Source: Octopus sinensis (lineage: Eukaryota). From it: 64,000 nucleotides of DNA. The stretch spans positions 36,828,001 to 36,892,000 of the forward strand of contig NC_043007.1 in the NCBI RefSeq assembly GCF_006345805.1, in the 5' to 3' direction. The position numbers and the translations under genes were made by a program. The notes under the pieces are model-generated. The model saw nothing but the letters and a program-made list of their open reading frames with translations. It ran no database searches and had not been told where the DNA came from. Shown piece after piece: positions 25,129-38,400 of the stretch. Every line of letters begins with the position of its first letter. Positions within the stretch are counted from its first letter, which is position 1.

Positions 25129-26507
25129 TTAGTTAGTTAGTTAGTTAATTTGGCTCAAAAGCAAATAGCAAGGCCATGTAGGGGGACATGGTGTTAAGTA
25201 CAGGGTGGTGTTCATGTAAAGAGTTCAGGCCACTTGAGGTCAAGGGAGGCTTTGAACAAAGCGGTCGTCGGCATCTTCACCATCTCGTCTGGCAGCTTGT
25301 TCCACGGATCCGCAACCCGGACGGAGAAAGCTCCTCTCCTTCGATTGAGATGAAATCGTCGCAGGTAGAGCTTTTCGGAATGACCCCGCAGCCGACGCTC
25401 TGGAGCAGGAGTGAAGAACAGCTCTTTCGAGAGGTTACACTTTCCGCTTATGATGTTGTGGGCGAGAATGAGATCACCACGGCGGCAGCGTTTTTCAAGA
25501 GAATAAAGGTCGAGCGTCCTCAGCCTTTCATCGTAGGACAAATTTTTGAGACCATGAACCATGCGGGTAGCCAGCTTCTGGACTCTTTCGAGATGCTGTA
25601 TGTCTTTGAGGAGATAAGGAGAAGAGGCTTGAATCCCGTACTCCAATATGGGTCTCACCAGCGTGACATAGAGTGGTAGGAATATGGCTGCTGTGAGCAT
25701 TCCGAATGACCGTCGAATCAAGAACAGAATTCCACGTGCTTTGTTGGCAGCATGGACGCACTGGGCCGAAGGCGAAAAGGAGGAATCCACCAAGATACCC
25801 AGGTCCTTTACCTGATCGGTCCTCTCCAGCAGCAGACGACCCGGCTCGAAATCAAGTTGAGTTGCAGGAGGAGAGCCAACAGGCAGATGACAGCACTTTG
25901 ACACGTTCAGACACAGGTCCCATTCATTAGACCACCTTCAAATTTGGTGGAGGCATCGACGAAGATCCTCTATATCACCGCGAGGAGCGACCAGTTTGAC
26001 ATTGTCAGCAAATAGAAGGGTGTGTTGCGTGAGGTCATCGGGCAAGTCATTTATGAAGACTAAGAACAATAAGGGCCCAAGCACTGAACCTTGAGGCACG
26101 CCACTGCTCGCACTGGAGACGTCGGACCGCGAACCATTAACTTGGACTTGGAGGGAGCGATCTGAGAGGAAGGCACCAACCCATCGTACAATATCCGGAT
26201 GGAAACTATATGCTTGAAGCTTGACAAGTAATAGGCGGTGGTTTACCGAGTCAAAAGCTTTGGCAAAGTCCAATAAAACGATGTCAACAGCATCACTATC
26301 ATCAAAGGATGCGCGTCACCAATTCTTCCATTACCAGTAAGTTGGTCAAGCATGATCTCTTCGGCACGAAGCCGTGTTGGGAATCAGAGATAGAGGCTGT
26401 GTTTTGGAGGTGGAGCATCATACTTTTCTTAAGGATGGTTTCGAACATCTTGCTGATTATTGATGTAAGGGAAACCGGTGGTAGTTAAGCAGGTCTTCGC
26501 GGCTCCC
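25129..26507 (-). mobile_element. 5'-truncated CR1-clade LINE (RT domain and 3' end) with (TAAC)n tail
   Basis: DFAKAFDSVNH, SGVPQGSVLGPLLFLVFINDL, LLFADNVKL, LERVQKLATRMV and LYSLEKRCRRGDLI motifs. Tail reads gttagttagttag on +. Splits a SINE tail at gctgtag|aaacc. Confidence 0.93.
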
Positions 26508-27050
26508 GAAACCATGCCAAATCAGGGTAGAGTCTGGTACAGCCTTCTAGCTTGCCAGCCCTGGTCAAACTGTCCAACTCAAGCCAGCATGGACGACGGA
26601 TGTTAAATGATGATGATGATGATGATGATGCTGATGATGCTGATGATGATGATGGTGGGGGGTGGGGGGGTGATGATGATGATGATGATGATGAATGAAT
26701 GAATGCTGGGTTACAAAGTGTTGGTGATGGAGAGTACACAAGGAAAGGAACCTCTAGAATGACACAGGATCAAATCTCTATAAGTTTAGTTTCACTTGCA
26801 GTTGCAGGTGGGTTGGTATCAAGTGGGTTATGAAAGAAACCTGTGCTTCTATATATCTTGAGAGACCATGGACCACAGATTGACACCTGAAAAGTTCCAT
26901 TCCTTGATGTTAGTATGGGTAAAGTTCTATCAATTGCACTCCCCCCCTCTACATAACACATTTGCAACATTGAGTCAGTGTGAGAACCAACCCTTGATAA
27001 TTCAACCTGCTGTAAGGTATATTTACACTAAGTTTAACTAAGTGGCTTAC

Positions 27051-27123
27051 CTTATGTTGATGACAGAAATTTACAGCTTTCAATGTTTGGTAAATGATTT
27101 TCTTCACTTGGTTTTCAGCCACT
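27051..27123 (-). CDS. CDKL1: CDKL1/4-like kinase, coding exon
   Basis: tttacAG|A GTG..AAG|GTaagc; 73 nt, phase 2/0; (G)VAENQVKKIIYQTLKAVNFCHQHK. Confidence 0.95.
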
Positions 27124-27636
27124 CTGTAAATATGAATATAAGTATGAGATATACATACACTTCTACATACAATCACGCACAATGTTGTATCTATTTAGTG
27201 TTGGGAAGTATCTTAATTGGATATACAACACAGTGTAAATGAAAAGAAAGAACTGAAATAAATTTAAATATTATAAAGCCTCACTGTAGGTTAAATAACA
27301 ATGTAAACACATTCTTTCTATACTATTGATGTGAGGAAAAAACAGAATTTGTTGAGGCAGATTTTCTATGGCTGAATGTCCTTCCTGTCAACAATCTTCA
27401 TTTGTTTCCAAGCACGGTAATATTTCCCAATATGGAAGACTGGAAATTAGTGACACTTATTATAAAACAAGGACATTCATTTACGACTATCATGCGATTG
27501 TAAAGGCACACACACACACATGTATGTACATAATTTCTCTTGTTTGAAACTAGATCTCAAAGGACATATAAAGCTACAAAAATTATAGCATGTAAATATC
27601 AGGTTGAAAAAACCCTTTTGTACAGAAAAAGTTGAA

Positions 27637-27708
27637 GGCTGCCCATGGGTCTTGAACCCACATCTCTTGTAGACATGACAGGCTGTCTACCATTAGACCA
27701 AAGTAATC
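27637..27708 (-). pseudogene. tRNA-like remnant (isolated A/B boxes; decayed tRNA or SINE head)
   Basis: Minus strand tggtctaatggtag...gggttcaagaccc. Acceptor and anticodon stems do not pair convincingly. Confidence 0.4.
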
Positions 27709-28309
27709 CTTCAAGTTTCACTATCCATTTTAGAAAGTTTATTCTTACCTGTGAGAATTGTATGTTGTTGGCATCATAAGAACTTATAAACTTTCAAGAG
27801 AAATTGAAAGGAATTAAATGTATCCTTCATTTTTTTTAAGATAGTACAATGTGAATTCAGGTACTTTGGTTGCTATTTTTAGCAAGTTGATTGACCACAT
27901 AAAATCTCTTTTATTGGCTCAAGAAACTCTTTGTGACCAACACAGGTAACAGCTTCTGAACTTTTCATAATTATTTCATATACAGAAAATATAATTTTAT
28001 TAAGGCAGCGAGCTGGCAGAAATGTTAGCACACCGGGTGAAATGCTTAGCAGTATTTCATCTGCTGCTACATTCTGAGTTCAAATTCCTCCAAGGTCGAC
28101 TTTGCCTTTCATCCTTTCAGGGTCAATTAAATAAGTACCAGTTACGCACTGGGGTCGATATAATCGACTTAATCCGTTTGTCTGTCTTTGTTTGTCCCCT
28201 CTGAGTGTAGCCCCTTGTGGGCAGTAAAGAAATAGGTATTTTGTCTGCTGCTACGTTCTGAGTTCAAATTCTGCCAAGGTCGACTTTGCCTTTCATCCTT
28301 TCAGGGTCA

Positions 28310-29169
<860 letters not shown>

Positions 29170-29177
29170 CTATTATT

Positions 29178-29245
<68 letters not shown>

Positions 29246-29280
29246 TTGTTGTTGTTGTTGTTAACATTAACTCTCATTAG

Positions 29281-29880
29281 CTTCTTCAAGTTTCACTTGA
29301 AAAGGAAATTGAAAGTGGAGAGGGAAGTGCTGTCCTCAAGTGAGTTTATTGAAAGGTGGGTGTAAGTTGTGAAAATGGCAAGAGTGGATGTTTATGTTGA
29401 ATTCACCAATTTTATGTTGAATTCACCAATTAAAGATGTCATTTTCTCCAAGGATAGCTGTGTGGTAAGAAGCTTGCTTCCCAACCACATGGTTCCGGGT
29501 TCAGTCCTGGTGCATGACACCTTGGACAAGTGTTTTTTCTAAGAGTAGACCTGTGAGTCGGAGAGAAGGAATGGGAGAGGACACTTGCTCATAGGTTTTT
29601 AGGGAAATCTTGATCAGTGGGGTTCCTCTATTATTCCTTGAGGCCTTCCTGTACCAGAAGGGCCACATCTCTGCCATCTTCCCTGTCACTTTTTGTTTTG
29701 TTTTTTAAACCTTTTTATGCTATGCATATGTCCCTGCTTTTTCAGTGTATACTGTGTATACTTAAGTTCTTTCTTTCTTTTTTTTTTATCATTTCATTAT
29801 ATGTAAACCCCACCACTTTATGTTTGTCTTTGTATTGTCCCTCTCATCCTTCACTCTTGTGGCAAATAAATGAAATCACC
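29281..29880 (+). mobile_element. L1/Tx1-like LINE 3' remnant, interrupted by a 129-bp templated insert
   Basis: FFKFHLKRKLKVEREVLSSSEFIERW C-terminal motif, then 3'UTR and (CAT)n tail. Homologous minus-strand remnants near 29950-30420, 31580-32030 and 62520-63075. Confidence 0.7.
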
Positions 29881-30427
29881 ATCATCATCAACATCATCAC
29901 CATCATCATCACCATAATTCCCCCCCATCACCCCCACCCCACCACCATCATCTACAGATGCATGCTTTGAATAGGTCCAATCATTTTTGCCACAGTCATT
30001 GTATACATAGTATGCAAAATATGTGGAGATGTGAATGATGCAGTTCTGATACAGGAGAACCTTCATCTAGAAACAATCAAGGAACCCTACAGATCCAAGA
30101 TCCCTCTGACCATGAGGCCTTTTGTTCTCCAATCTACAGATGCATGCTTTGAATAGGTCCAATCATTTTTGCCACAGTCATCCACCTTTCAACAAATTCA
30201 TTTGGAGAGAGTACTCACTTATCCACCACTTTCTTGGCAGAAGAGGAAGGTGTTTTTCCTCAATCTTTCAGCCTCATCTAGCATACAACCTCTTTTGCCA
30301 TTGCCACAAGACAGAGACACACTGCCTACCCAACCTTGTTAAAGGTGGATGATGGGGTCATCCTCATGATGGACTCAGCCAATAGTTAGAGTCATCCAAC
30401 ATGCAACAGTAGCTGTTTGATATAGCT

Positions 30428-30808
30428 GTGGAGGGGCAATGGCCCAGTGGTTAGGGCAGTGGACTCACGGTCGTAGGATCGCGGTTTTGATTCCCAGACC
30501 GGGCGTTGTGAGCGTTTATTGAGCGAAAACACCTAAAGCTCCACGAGGCTCCGGCAGGGGATGGTGGTGTTCCCTGCTGTACTCTTTCACCACAACTTTC
30601 TCACTCTTACTTCCTGTTTCTGTTGTACCTGTATTTCAAAGGGCCGGCCTTGTCACTCTCTGTGTCACGCTGAATATCCCCGAGAATTACGTTAAGGGTA
30701 CACGTGTCTGTGGAGTGCTCAGCCACTTACACGTTAATTTCACGAGCAGGCTGTTCCGTTGATTGGATCAACCGGAACCCTCATCGTCGTAACCAACGGA
30801 GTGCTTCC
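30428..30808 (+). mobile_element. tRNA-derived SINE, family C (representative copy)
   Basis: ggaggggcaatggcccagtggttagggcag head, B box ggttttgattccc and tail cgtcgtaaccaacggagtgcttcc. Further copies near 53007-53400 (+) and 54862-55248 (-); related ones near 38405, 40820 and 53500-53820. Confidence 0.88.
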
Positions 30809-32444
30809 CTTGATATAACTCCACAAATCAGCAATGTTCAGACACTGCATGAGTGTATGCATTACAATTTTGTTACTGTGTGTGCATCTTGGGAAGACCT
30901 TCATGGCAGCACTTCCATGCTTACAGAGTTTGTCTTAAACTGGTGGAGCCCCTCAGCAGCAATACCAAGCCAGTAATTTCTAGAAACTGTCCATAATAGC
31001 TGTCAGCTTGAAAGTCCTTCGAGGCAACCCAGCTGTCGACTACTAATAATAGTGATTAATGAAAGTTGATGTATAACACTTTAACAAAGGTAAATACCCA
31101 ACTAGAAGAGCAAGATGTGTGGTAAAAATCACAGATTGACAATACACTTGTTGTCCTCAGTTTTTGAAAATAAGATACAAATAATCTTTTCTACTATAAT
31201 CACAAGGCCCGAAATTTTGGGGGAGTGGTATAGTCAATTAAATCGACCCCAGTATGCAACTGGTACTAAATTTATCGACCATGAAAGGATGAAAGGAAAA
31301 GTCGACCTCAGTGGAATTTGAACTCAGAACTTAAAAAATAAGACAAGAATAATGAAAAATGAAAAATACACAGAAGTGCATAAAATCAAAAATCAACTAA
31401 GCCATCACTAGATTTAAGTTTCGTTTGTTTGTAATTAGTGAATAAGTGAAACTTGAAAACATCTCTTTTGTCTAGGAAGGAATGCAGGGTTGCCTAGTTA
31501 TATACTGGCCCCCAAAACATAAGTTCTTGAGTTCAATTTTTGGTCTGAGCGGTGTGTTGAGCCCTTGAACAAGGCACTTTATGTTGCTCTTGTCCCTTCA
31601 TGAATACAGAAAATAGTATTAGCCAAGTGATAGTGTAGTCTTTTTGCATCCCATCCATCACATCCTGGATGTACTGCTAGCTGAAGGGTGGGAAGAGGGT
31701 CATGAGGATATCTACGTCTGCTTGTGACTATATAGGTACCTAAAAGAATTAGTGAAAGCATGGTATGACATACCGAGTCATATTCATTAATGAATGATGT
31801 CTCATAGTAGTTTAAGCCCAGATATTTTGGCAAAGCTCTTGCTGATATCTTATCACAATTTTCGTAATATTTATCACAAGCAAGACTCAACTAGTTTGAG
31901 GAAAAAAATTCCAAAACACCTTATCTGAGATTCTTGAATTGTCCTGAGAAAGTAAGGCATGGTGATTTTATAGAAAATCTTAACATCTTATCCTAGTGCA
32001 CTTTATCTGGATTTCCTTAACGACAGCAAGAAGAATAAGACAAAATAGTTTGAGGAAATGCCCCAATGAATCATACCTTATCTAATTTATTTAACACCAT
32101 GTATGGGCTGTGATAAGTCTCAGGTTTAAGTGACACTTTCTCAAAGCTCTTTTAACCCTTTTGATATCAATCTGCCAGAGACTGACCCTATTTTATGATG
32201 CAAAACCTTCTATTTTAAAATCTTTACATTTAAATTAAAATTTCCCCTCATATCATCATTGTTTTAATGTCTATTTTTTCACTCACAAATTCATTGAAGC
32301 AGATTTTCTATGGCTGGATGCTCTTCCTGTTTCCAACCCTCACCTGTTTGTTATCATGAAGTGGGACTAAATCTGAAACCATGTGGTTACAAAACTTCTT
32401 ACCACATAGCCATGCACCTTACTATATATATATATGTATATACA

Positions 32445-32480
<36 letters not shown>

Positions 32481-32542
32481 TGAATGGCGGTGCCCCAGCA
32501 TGGCCACAGCTCATGAGCTGAAACTAGATGAAGTGAAATGAA

Positions 32543-32573
<31 letters not shown>

Positions 32574-33477
32574 TACAGCAAAAATACAAATCTTTTATCC
32601 TTTATTTGTTTCAGTCATTAGACTGTGGCCATGCTGGGGAACCACCACAGAGAATTTTTAGTAAGTTATGGGGACATAAACACACCAACACCAGTTGGTA
32701 GTGGGTGGGATAAACACAGACATGAATACACACACACACACACATGCATGATAGGCTTCTTTCAGCTTCAGTCTACCAAATCTACTCACAAAGCTTTGGT
32801 TGACCTGAGGTCACAGGAAAAAAACACTTGTCCAAGGTGTCATGCACCAGGACTGAACCTGGAACCATGTGGTTGGGAAGCAAGCTTCTTACCACACAGC
32901 TATCCCTGGAGAAAATGACATCTTTAATTGGTGAATTCAACATAAAATACTGATGATTGTTTCTGTTGTGCTAACATATTAAAATACACAGAAAATGTCA
33001 GTCAAATTGATATATTTGAAAATACATCTTAATACAACCTTATCAAGGTGATACAAAATTGGTTAAATTCAAAGTGAACTAAGAAAATATTTCTAGTAAA
33101 CAAACATATACAAAAAGAGCATGAAGAAGAATATAATATTCTAAGAAAAGCTAGTTTGGTATTCAACTTTTGGTGATGTCAGTGTATAATGAAAGAATAT
33201 AAAAATAAGCATATGAATTTTAAGTTGCATAAACATATCTATTAAATAAGCTAAATATTTATAGAAAAATTATGTTTATTATATTATATAAAAGCAATTA
33301 TAATTAAGAATTGAAATATTTAAATGTTTTTCTAAATTTGCGACAACATTTCAATGTAAAATTGCCATCATAATTTAGTAATATCAATTTAGAAATAATC
33401 ATATAATACATTTCCTCAAGGCAAAGATTACTTTAAGAATTACCAGTATCATACAATGGTGTGTAACTAATAATGGA

Positions 33478-33700
33478 CTATAAATTATACTTAATGTTCC
33501 TATCCTTTAAATCCCAAATGCATTTATTAAGATTTGTAGAATTACTTTTTCTTCTATACTTAAATGAATGAGAATGATTATGAAATCTAGATTTCCAAAT
33601 TGTAGCTGACAAACTTATGTAATAATACTTATGATCCCTTGTTATCACTTTATATTGATACACTATATTTTTCCTTGAACACTGATTTAAATATGATGGT
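33478..33700 (-). mobile_element. Penelope-like element, GIY-YIG endonuclease fragment
   Basis: NQCSRKNIVYQYKV...YYYISLSATIWKSRFHNHSHSF...STNLNKCIWDLK. Confidence 0.75.
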
Positions 33701-34292
33701 GTGATCCTCATGACTGGCTCAGCCAATAGTCAGATTCATCTCACATGCAACACTGAATTAATAAATAAATAAATGACTAAAAGTATAGAAGAATTTAGTG
33801 CAAGTGCAGTTTTCTCTCCTTTCAGCTATCACACCCTGGATGATTTACAAGTTCCAGGGTGTGAAGAGAGTCAAGAGAATGTCTATGCCTGCTTTAGATT
33901 ATATAGGTACCAAAAAAATTAGTGAAAGCATGGTATAAACTATCATTCACGAACAAATAATGGATTATAGTAGTTCAACTGCCCAAGAAATTTAAACCCA
34001 GATATTTTGGCAAAGCTCCTATTGTGAAAAAGTGAAAATAAATAAAAATTAGAAAATAAAGTACAAATAAAGTAAAAATTATTTTTAACAGTGGAACTCG
34101 AAGAAGATAAAGCTATGAATAATAGCATAAAGAATATTGCATTAAAAAAACCTCTTGGGTGGAAAAACATCAAAGATTGTCTTTAAGACACACATACATT
34201 AACATACTCCCATTTTACATACACACACATATATTCACATAGAGTTGAAACGCTGTTTGATTTATTTTTTCTGTGTACAATTTTCATCATTC

Positions 34293-34382
<90 letters not shown>

Positions 34383-34619
34383 TATATACTGTATATATCT
34401 GTATTATATATGTACACACACACACACATACACACACACACACCACACACACACACACACACCACCACACACACACACCATACACACACACAAATGCATA
34501 ACACAAAAACAAGCAGAAGCAAAGGAAAAAATATATCAAACGGAAGTTATTCTAAGAAAGAGAAGATTGGAAAAATACAGATAGGAGGGCAAATAAACTT
34601 TATACATACATACACACAC

Positions 34620-34650
<31 letters not shown>

Positions 34651-35549
34651 CATACATACATACATGCGGGCATACATAAGACATTTATAACAATTAAAGA
34701 CGTAGTCCGTTGGTGTCAGTCAGCTGCACACTTGATATCAATGTGGTAAAACAAATAGAGAAGATAGTTGATGACATTTATATACCACTGACAAAGAGTT
34801 TCCAAATCCATTCCCGTAAATCAATCTTTCAGTTTTTATACCCTTTAGTATTGGAGAAACAGGATATGGACCAACTCGAGTCGCTCGAAGTACGGGTGAA
34901 CTTGGATTCTGGGGGGATTAAAGAACGTAGCGGTATAATTGTTGCATGAAAAACGAGCAAAGTTATTTGGGACGATATAAGTCTGCTAGTACTGAAAATT
35001 TGAAAGGTAGAATAAATAAATAAATAAATAAACAAATAAATAAATAAATAAATAAATATATACACATACACGCGCGCGCGCGCGCACACACACACACACA
35101 CACATACATGCATACATATTGGCACTGTATGCATTATCTCGTTCCTATTGCAGAAAACAAATGTAACTCATAATTTCTTTGTAGACGACCAGAAGATTTA
35201 TGCTAAAAGTGTTAACAATGCAAAAAAAAAAACAAAAAAACAAAAAACAACTGGAATTAATAACAATATTTTCAGCTGATATGGGCATGAAATTTGGCCA
35301 AAAGAAATACACTTTTTTCTCTTTTTACTTGTTTCAGTCATTTGACTGCGGCCATGCTGGAGCACCGCCTTTAGTCGAGCAAATCGATCCCGGGACTTAT
35401 TCTTTGTAAAGCCAAGTACTTATTCTATCGGTATCTTTTGCCGAACCGCTAGGTGACGGGGACGTAAACACACCAGCATCGGTTGTCAAGCAATGCTAGG
35501 GGGACAAACACAGACACACAAACACATACACACACACACTTATATATAT

Positions 35550-36189
35550 ACTAGCAGTATCGCCCGGCGTTGCTCGGGTTTGCAAGGGAAATAACTATAT
35601 AAGCATTTTTAGAGAGTTATAGCCAAAAAATAGCAAAAAATGCATTAAAAATGGAAAAAATATGATGGTAAATTTTTTTTTAAATCGTTGACTCATCGTA
35701 GACATTTTTAGAGAGTTACTTCCCTTATATAATAGCGAAAAAATGCATTAAAAATGGAAAAAAACGATGGTAAATTTTTTTTTAAATCGTAGACTCATGT
35801 AGACGCTTTCTTAGCCATTTCTGTTTTGGTGTCTTCAAGCCATGAAGTCGTTGTTCTAAAAGAACACTGGTCTTCTTGACAACGCATTACGACGTTGATT
35901 TCCTTACACTCCCTTCCCCACAGGTGCAGGTGTGAGCGTGGACGCCAACTCCGCCGCCATCGACACACGAAAAATTATGCATTAAAAATGGAATAAAAAA
36001 TGATATTAAATTATTTTTAAAATCGTAGACTCATCGTAGACGCGCGCTAATATTCAGACGGGCTCGATATGAATCACGACTATAAGCTACCCGAATTTGG
36101 TTAAACTGTACCGCAAAATGTGGGAGTAGTTAGGAATCTAAATCGAAGGGGACAGACACTCACACAACTACAGTTTTATATATATAGAT
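35550..36189 (+). mobile_element. Non-autonomous Helitron/Helentron-like element
   Basis: 5' actagcagtatcgcccggcgttgctcggg (subterminal palindrome), internal tandem repeats, 3' gacagac..ttttatatatatagat; inserted in (TA)n. Sister copy at 39488-39843. Confidence 0.7.
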
Positions 36190-36239
36190 ATACATAGCGC
36201 AGTAGTGGTGAGATATGACAGCAAAGAAAAGCATACATT

Positions 36240-36600
36240 CACTCTCTGCATGCAATTAGACTCGGAAAGTTCGTGAGGAACCCATTGACCCAATTTGCTG
36301 ACTTTTCCGATAGCACACAGGTGTCAATGAATGGTTGAATGACAAATCCAAGCTTCTCTGCTAGTTCCTCAACAGTTACGATGATATTTTGTTCCACCAG
36401 GGTTTTCAGGATGTCCTTGTCGAGTTCTACAGATCTTTCAGGATGAGGCTCGTCTTCTAGGCTGTAGTTTATGGCTCGGGATTTCTGGAACCACCATTGA
36501 CACTGCCTTACGCTTATTGTCCAATCCCCATATACTGCATTAATATTTCTTGTACTTTGCACACATTTATATTCTGTTATTCTTTTATATGTTTCAGCCT
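36240..36600 (-). mobile_element. mariner transposase N-terminal (HTH) fragment
   Basis: STRNINAVYGDWTISVRQCQWWFQK..YSLEDEPHPERSVELDKDILKTLVEQN..TVEELAEKLG..WV. Confidence 0.85.
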
Positions 36601-36624
36601 TGAGGTTGTGGCCATGCTGGATCA

Positions 36625-36658
<34 letters not shown>

Positions 36659-36879
36659 TCTGTCTGTCTGTATGTATATATGTATATGTATGTGTGTGAA
36701 CAATAATATTTTCAACAGATGTGTTGCAAATGTATCTGATTGTTCTCAAGCTTCAATACTGTGTGTGTGTGTATGTGTGTGTGTGTATGTATGTATGTAT
36801 ATGTATGTATGTATGTATATGTATGTATGTATGTATGTGTGTATGTATGTATGTGTGTGTGTATGTTTGTGTGTGTGTA

Positions 36880-36912
<33 letters not shown>

Positions 36913-37129
36913 ATGTATGTATGTATGTATGTATGTATGTATGTATGAGTGTATGTTTACTTTATTACTAATTACTCTCTTCCAAGAACATTTTCACTCA
37001 CTCTTAGCTCTTAGCTTCCCATACATTTTACTCATGTATCTATCAGCGTCATAGACAGAATACTTTCACTTTAGTCTTCCTCAAATCACTCTGTCGCTAT
37101 TTACTTTCATTTTATTCGTTGCCCACTGT

Positions 37130-37372
37130 GTGTGTGCGTTTGCGTGTGGTGTAAACCAGACTAAGAAAAGCATTTGACACACACACCAGAATGTGAGTTT
37201 TCTGTAAATTTTGCTTAATTGGAGTTTAAATTTTAAAAACTGGACCTGGCATGACGCGATGCGTTGTACTCTTAAAAATGCTAGGTAAATTGTAATTGAA
37301 GAAATCCTATATTGTAGATTTGTATAACTCCCAAAGGGAGGCAGATAAAATCTGCCTTTTATAATAAGAGAT
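37130..37372 (+). mobile_element. Helitron-like 3' end remnant
   Basis: Hairpin ggcagat-aaa-atctgcc followed by ttttataataagagat, abutting (TA)n. Confidence 0.5.
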
Positions 37373-37879
37373 ATATATACATATATACGACAGGCTTCTT
37401 TCAGTTTCCGTCTACCAAATCCACTCTCAAGGCATTGGTCGACCCGGGGCTATAGCAGAAGACACTTGCCCAAGATGCCACGCAGTGGGACTGAACCCGG
37501 AACCATGTGGTTGGTAAACAAGCTACTTACCATACAGCCACTCCTGCGCCTATGTTCATATTTGATTATAGAACGAGGAAAGTCAGTCCCTCAAACCCAA
37601 AACCTGTGCATCAACGGTCTCTCTATCTCCCCCATTCCACGCAAAGAATGTTACAAGTACCTATGCATAGAGGAAAATGCATTATATGAAGAACCTGTGA
37701 ATAAAGATAGAGTGACCCGAGAAAATCACACCAGACTTGGGAAAACATGGTAGTCGGAACTCTCCTCTTACAACAAAACAATATCTCACAATGAATTTGC
37801 AGTACCAGTGCTAATCTCAACATTTGGGACACTTGAACATGATCAATGGTTTGTGTTTGCGTCTTCTCAGTGAATTGAT

Positions 37880-38400
37880 CCACTTTTTAAATTTTGTTCT
37901 TGTGATAAATAAATTTTACCAATGCTTTTTCGGGGAAGATCTTTATCAGCTCTTATTTCATACCTCTTTTCAAACTCATTTGCTATCCTAATTATGTTGT
38001 TGATTTCATGGTCACAAACTTCGGTAAGATAGTCACTGGTCTCTTTCCTTTTCTGCAGACGCTGTCTCGTTGTCACAATTCGAGCTTCATACGACATCAG
38101 TGCAGATGTCATATGAGGCAAAGCCATCATACTCGCGTGGGGAGTATAACCTGTCTACATCTCCACTGATGTCAAAGTTTCCAGTAATACTGAGTAGCTA
38201 GCGAGTTCGAACATCCATCTCACTGAGTTCTTGTAGTGACCAGTTCAGAAGGCCAAACAGAGGTGTGAAGGCAGGCGCTGAAAAAGTGTTGTGGGCAATA
38301 TGCTTGGTCTAAGCTTGGAGTTCTTATAACCATATTCTCTTTACTCTCCTGAGGTATTTGTTCCTGGCCCTCTTCTTATTTACGTGTCCACCATATTCAA
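37880..38400 (-). mobile_element. Second R4/Dong-like LINE fragment, convergent on the first
   Basis: KYLRRVKRIW..LLNWSLQELSEMDVRTR.LL..DVDRLYSPR..ALMSYEARIV. Confidence 0.75.

Larger units (their letters stand above)
35161..37870 (+). mobile_element. R4/Dong-like LINE RT fragment split by a nested stack (pieces 35161-35308 and 37553-37870)
   Basis: FVDDQKIYAK..LELITIFSADMGMKFGQKK joins in frame to CSYLIIERGK...YKYL once 35309-37552 is removed. Confidence 0.85.

Noticed and set aside
29951-30181. ~50-bp exact direct repeat (tctacagatgcatgc...cacagtcat)
   Set aside because: Internal rearrangement within a decayed LINE remnant; no further signal.
29540-32818. 3.3-kb inversion with staggered-break duplications
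   Set aside because: The L1/Tx1-like remnant continues colinearly on both sides of the left duplicate, which fits an insertion rather than an inversion breakpoint.
34530-34600. + strand KEKIGKIQIGG resembling the kinase Gly-loop start (EKIGKIGEG)
   Set aside because: Wrong strand for the CDKL gene, no GxGxxG or VAIK motif, and embedded between microsatellites; chance similarity.
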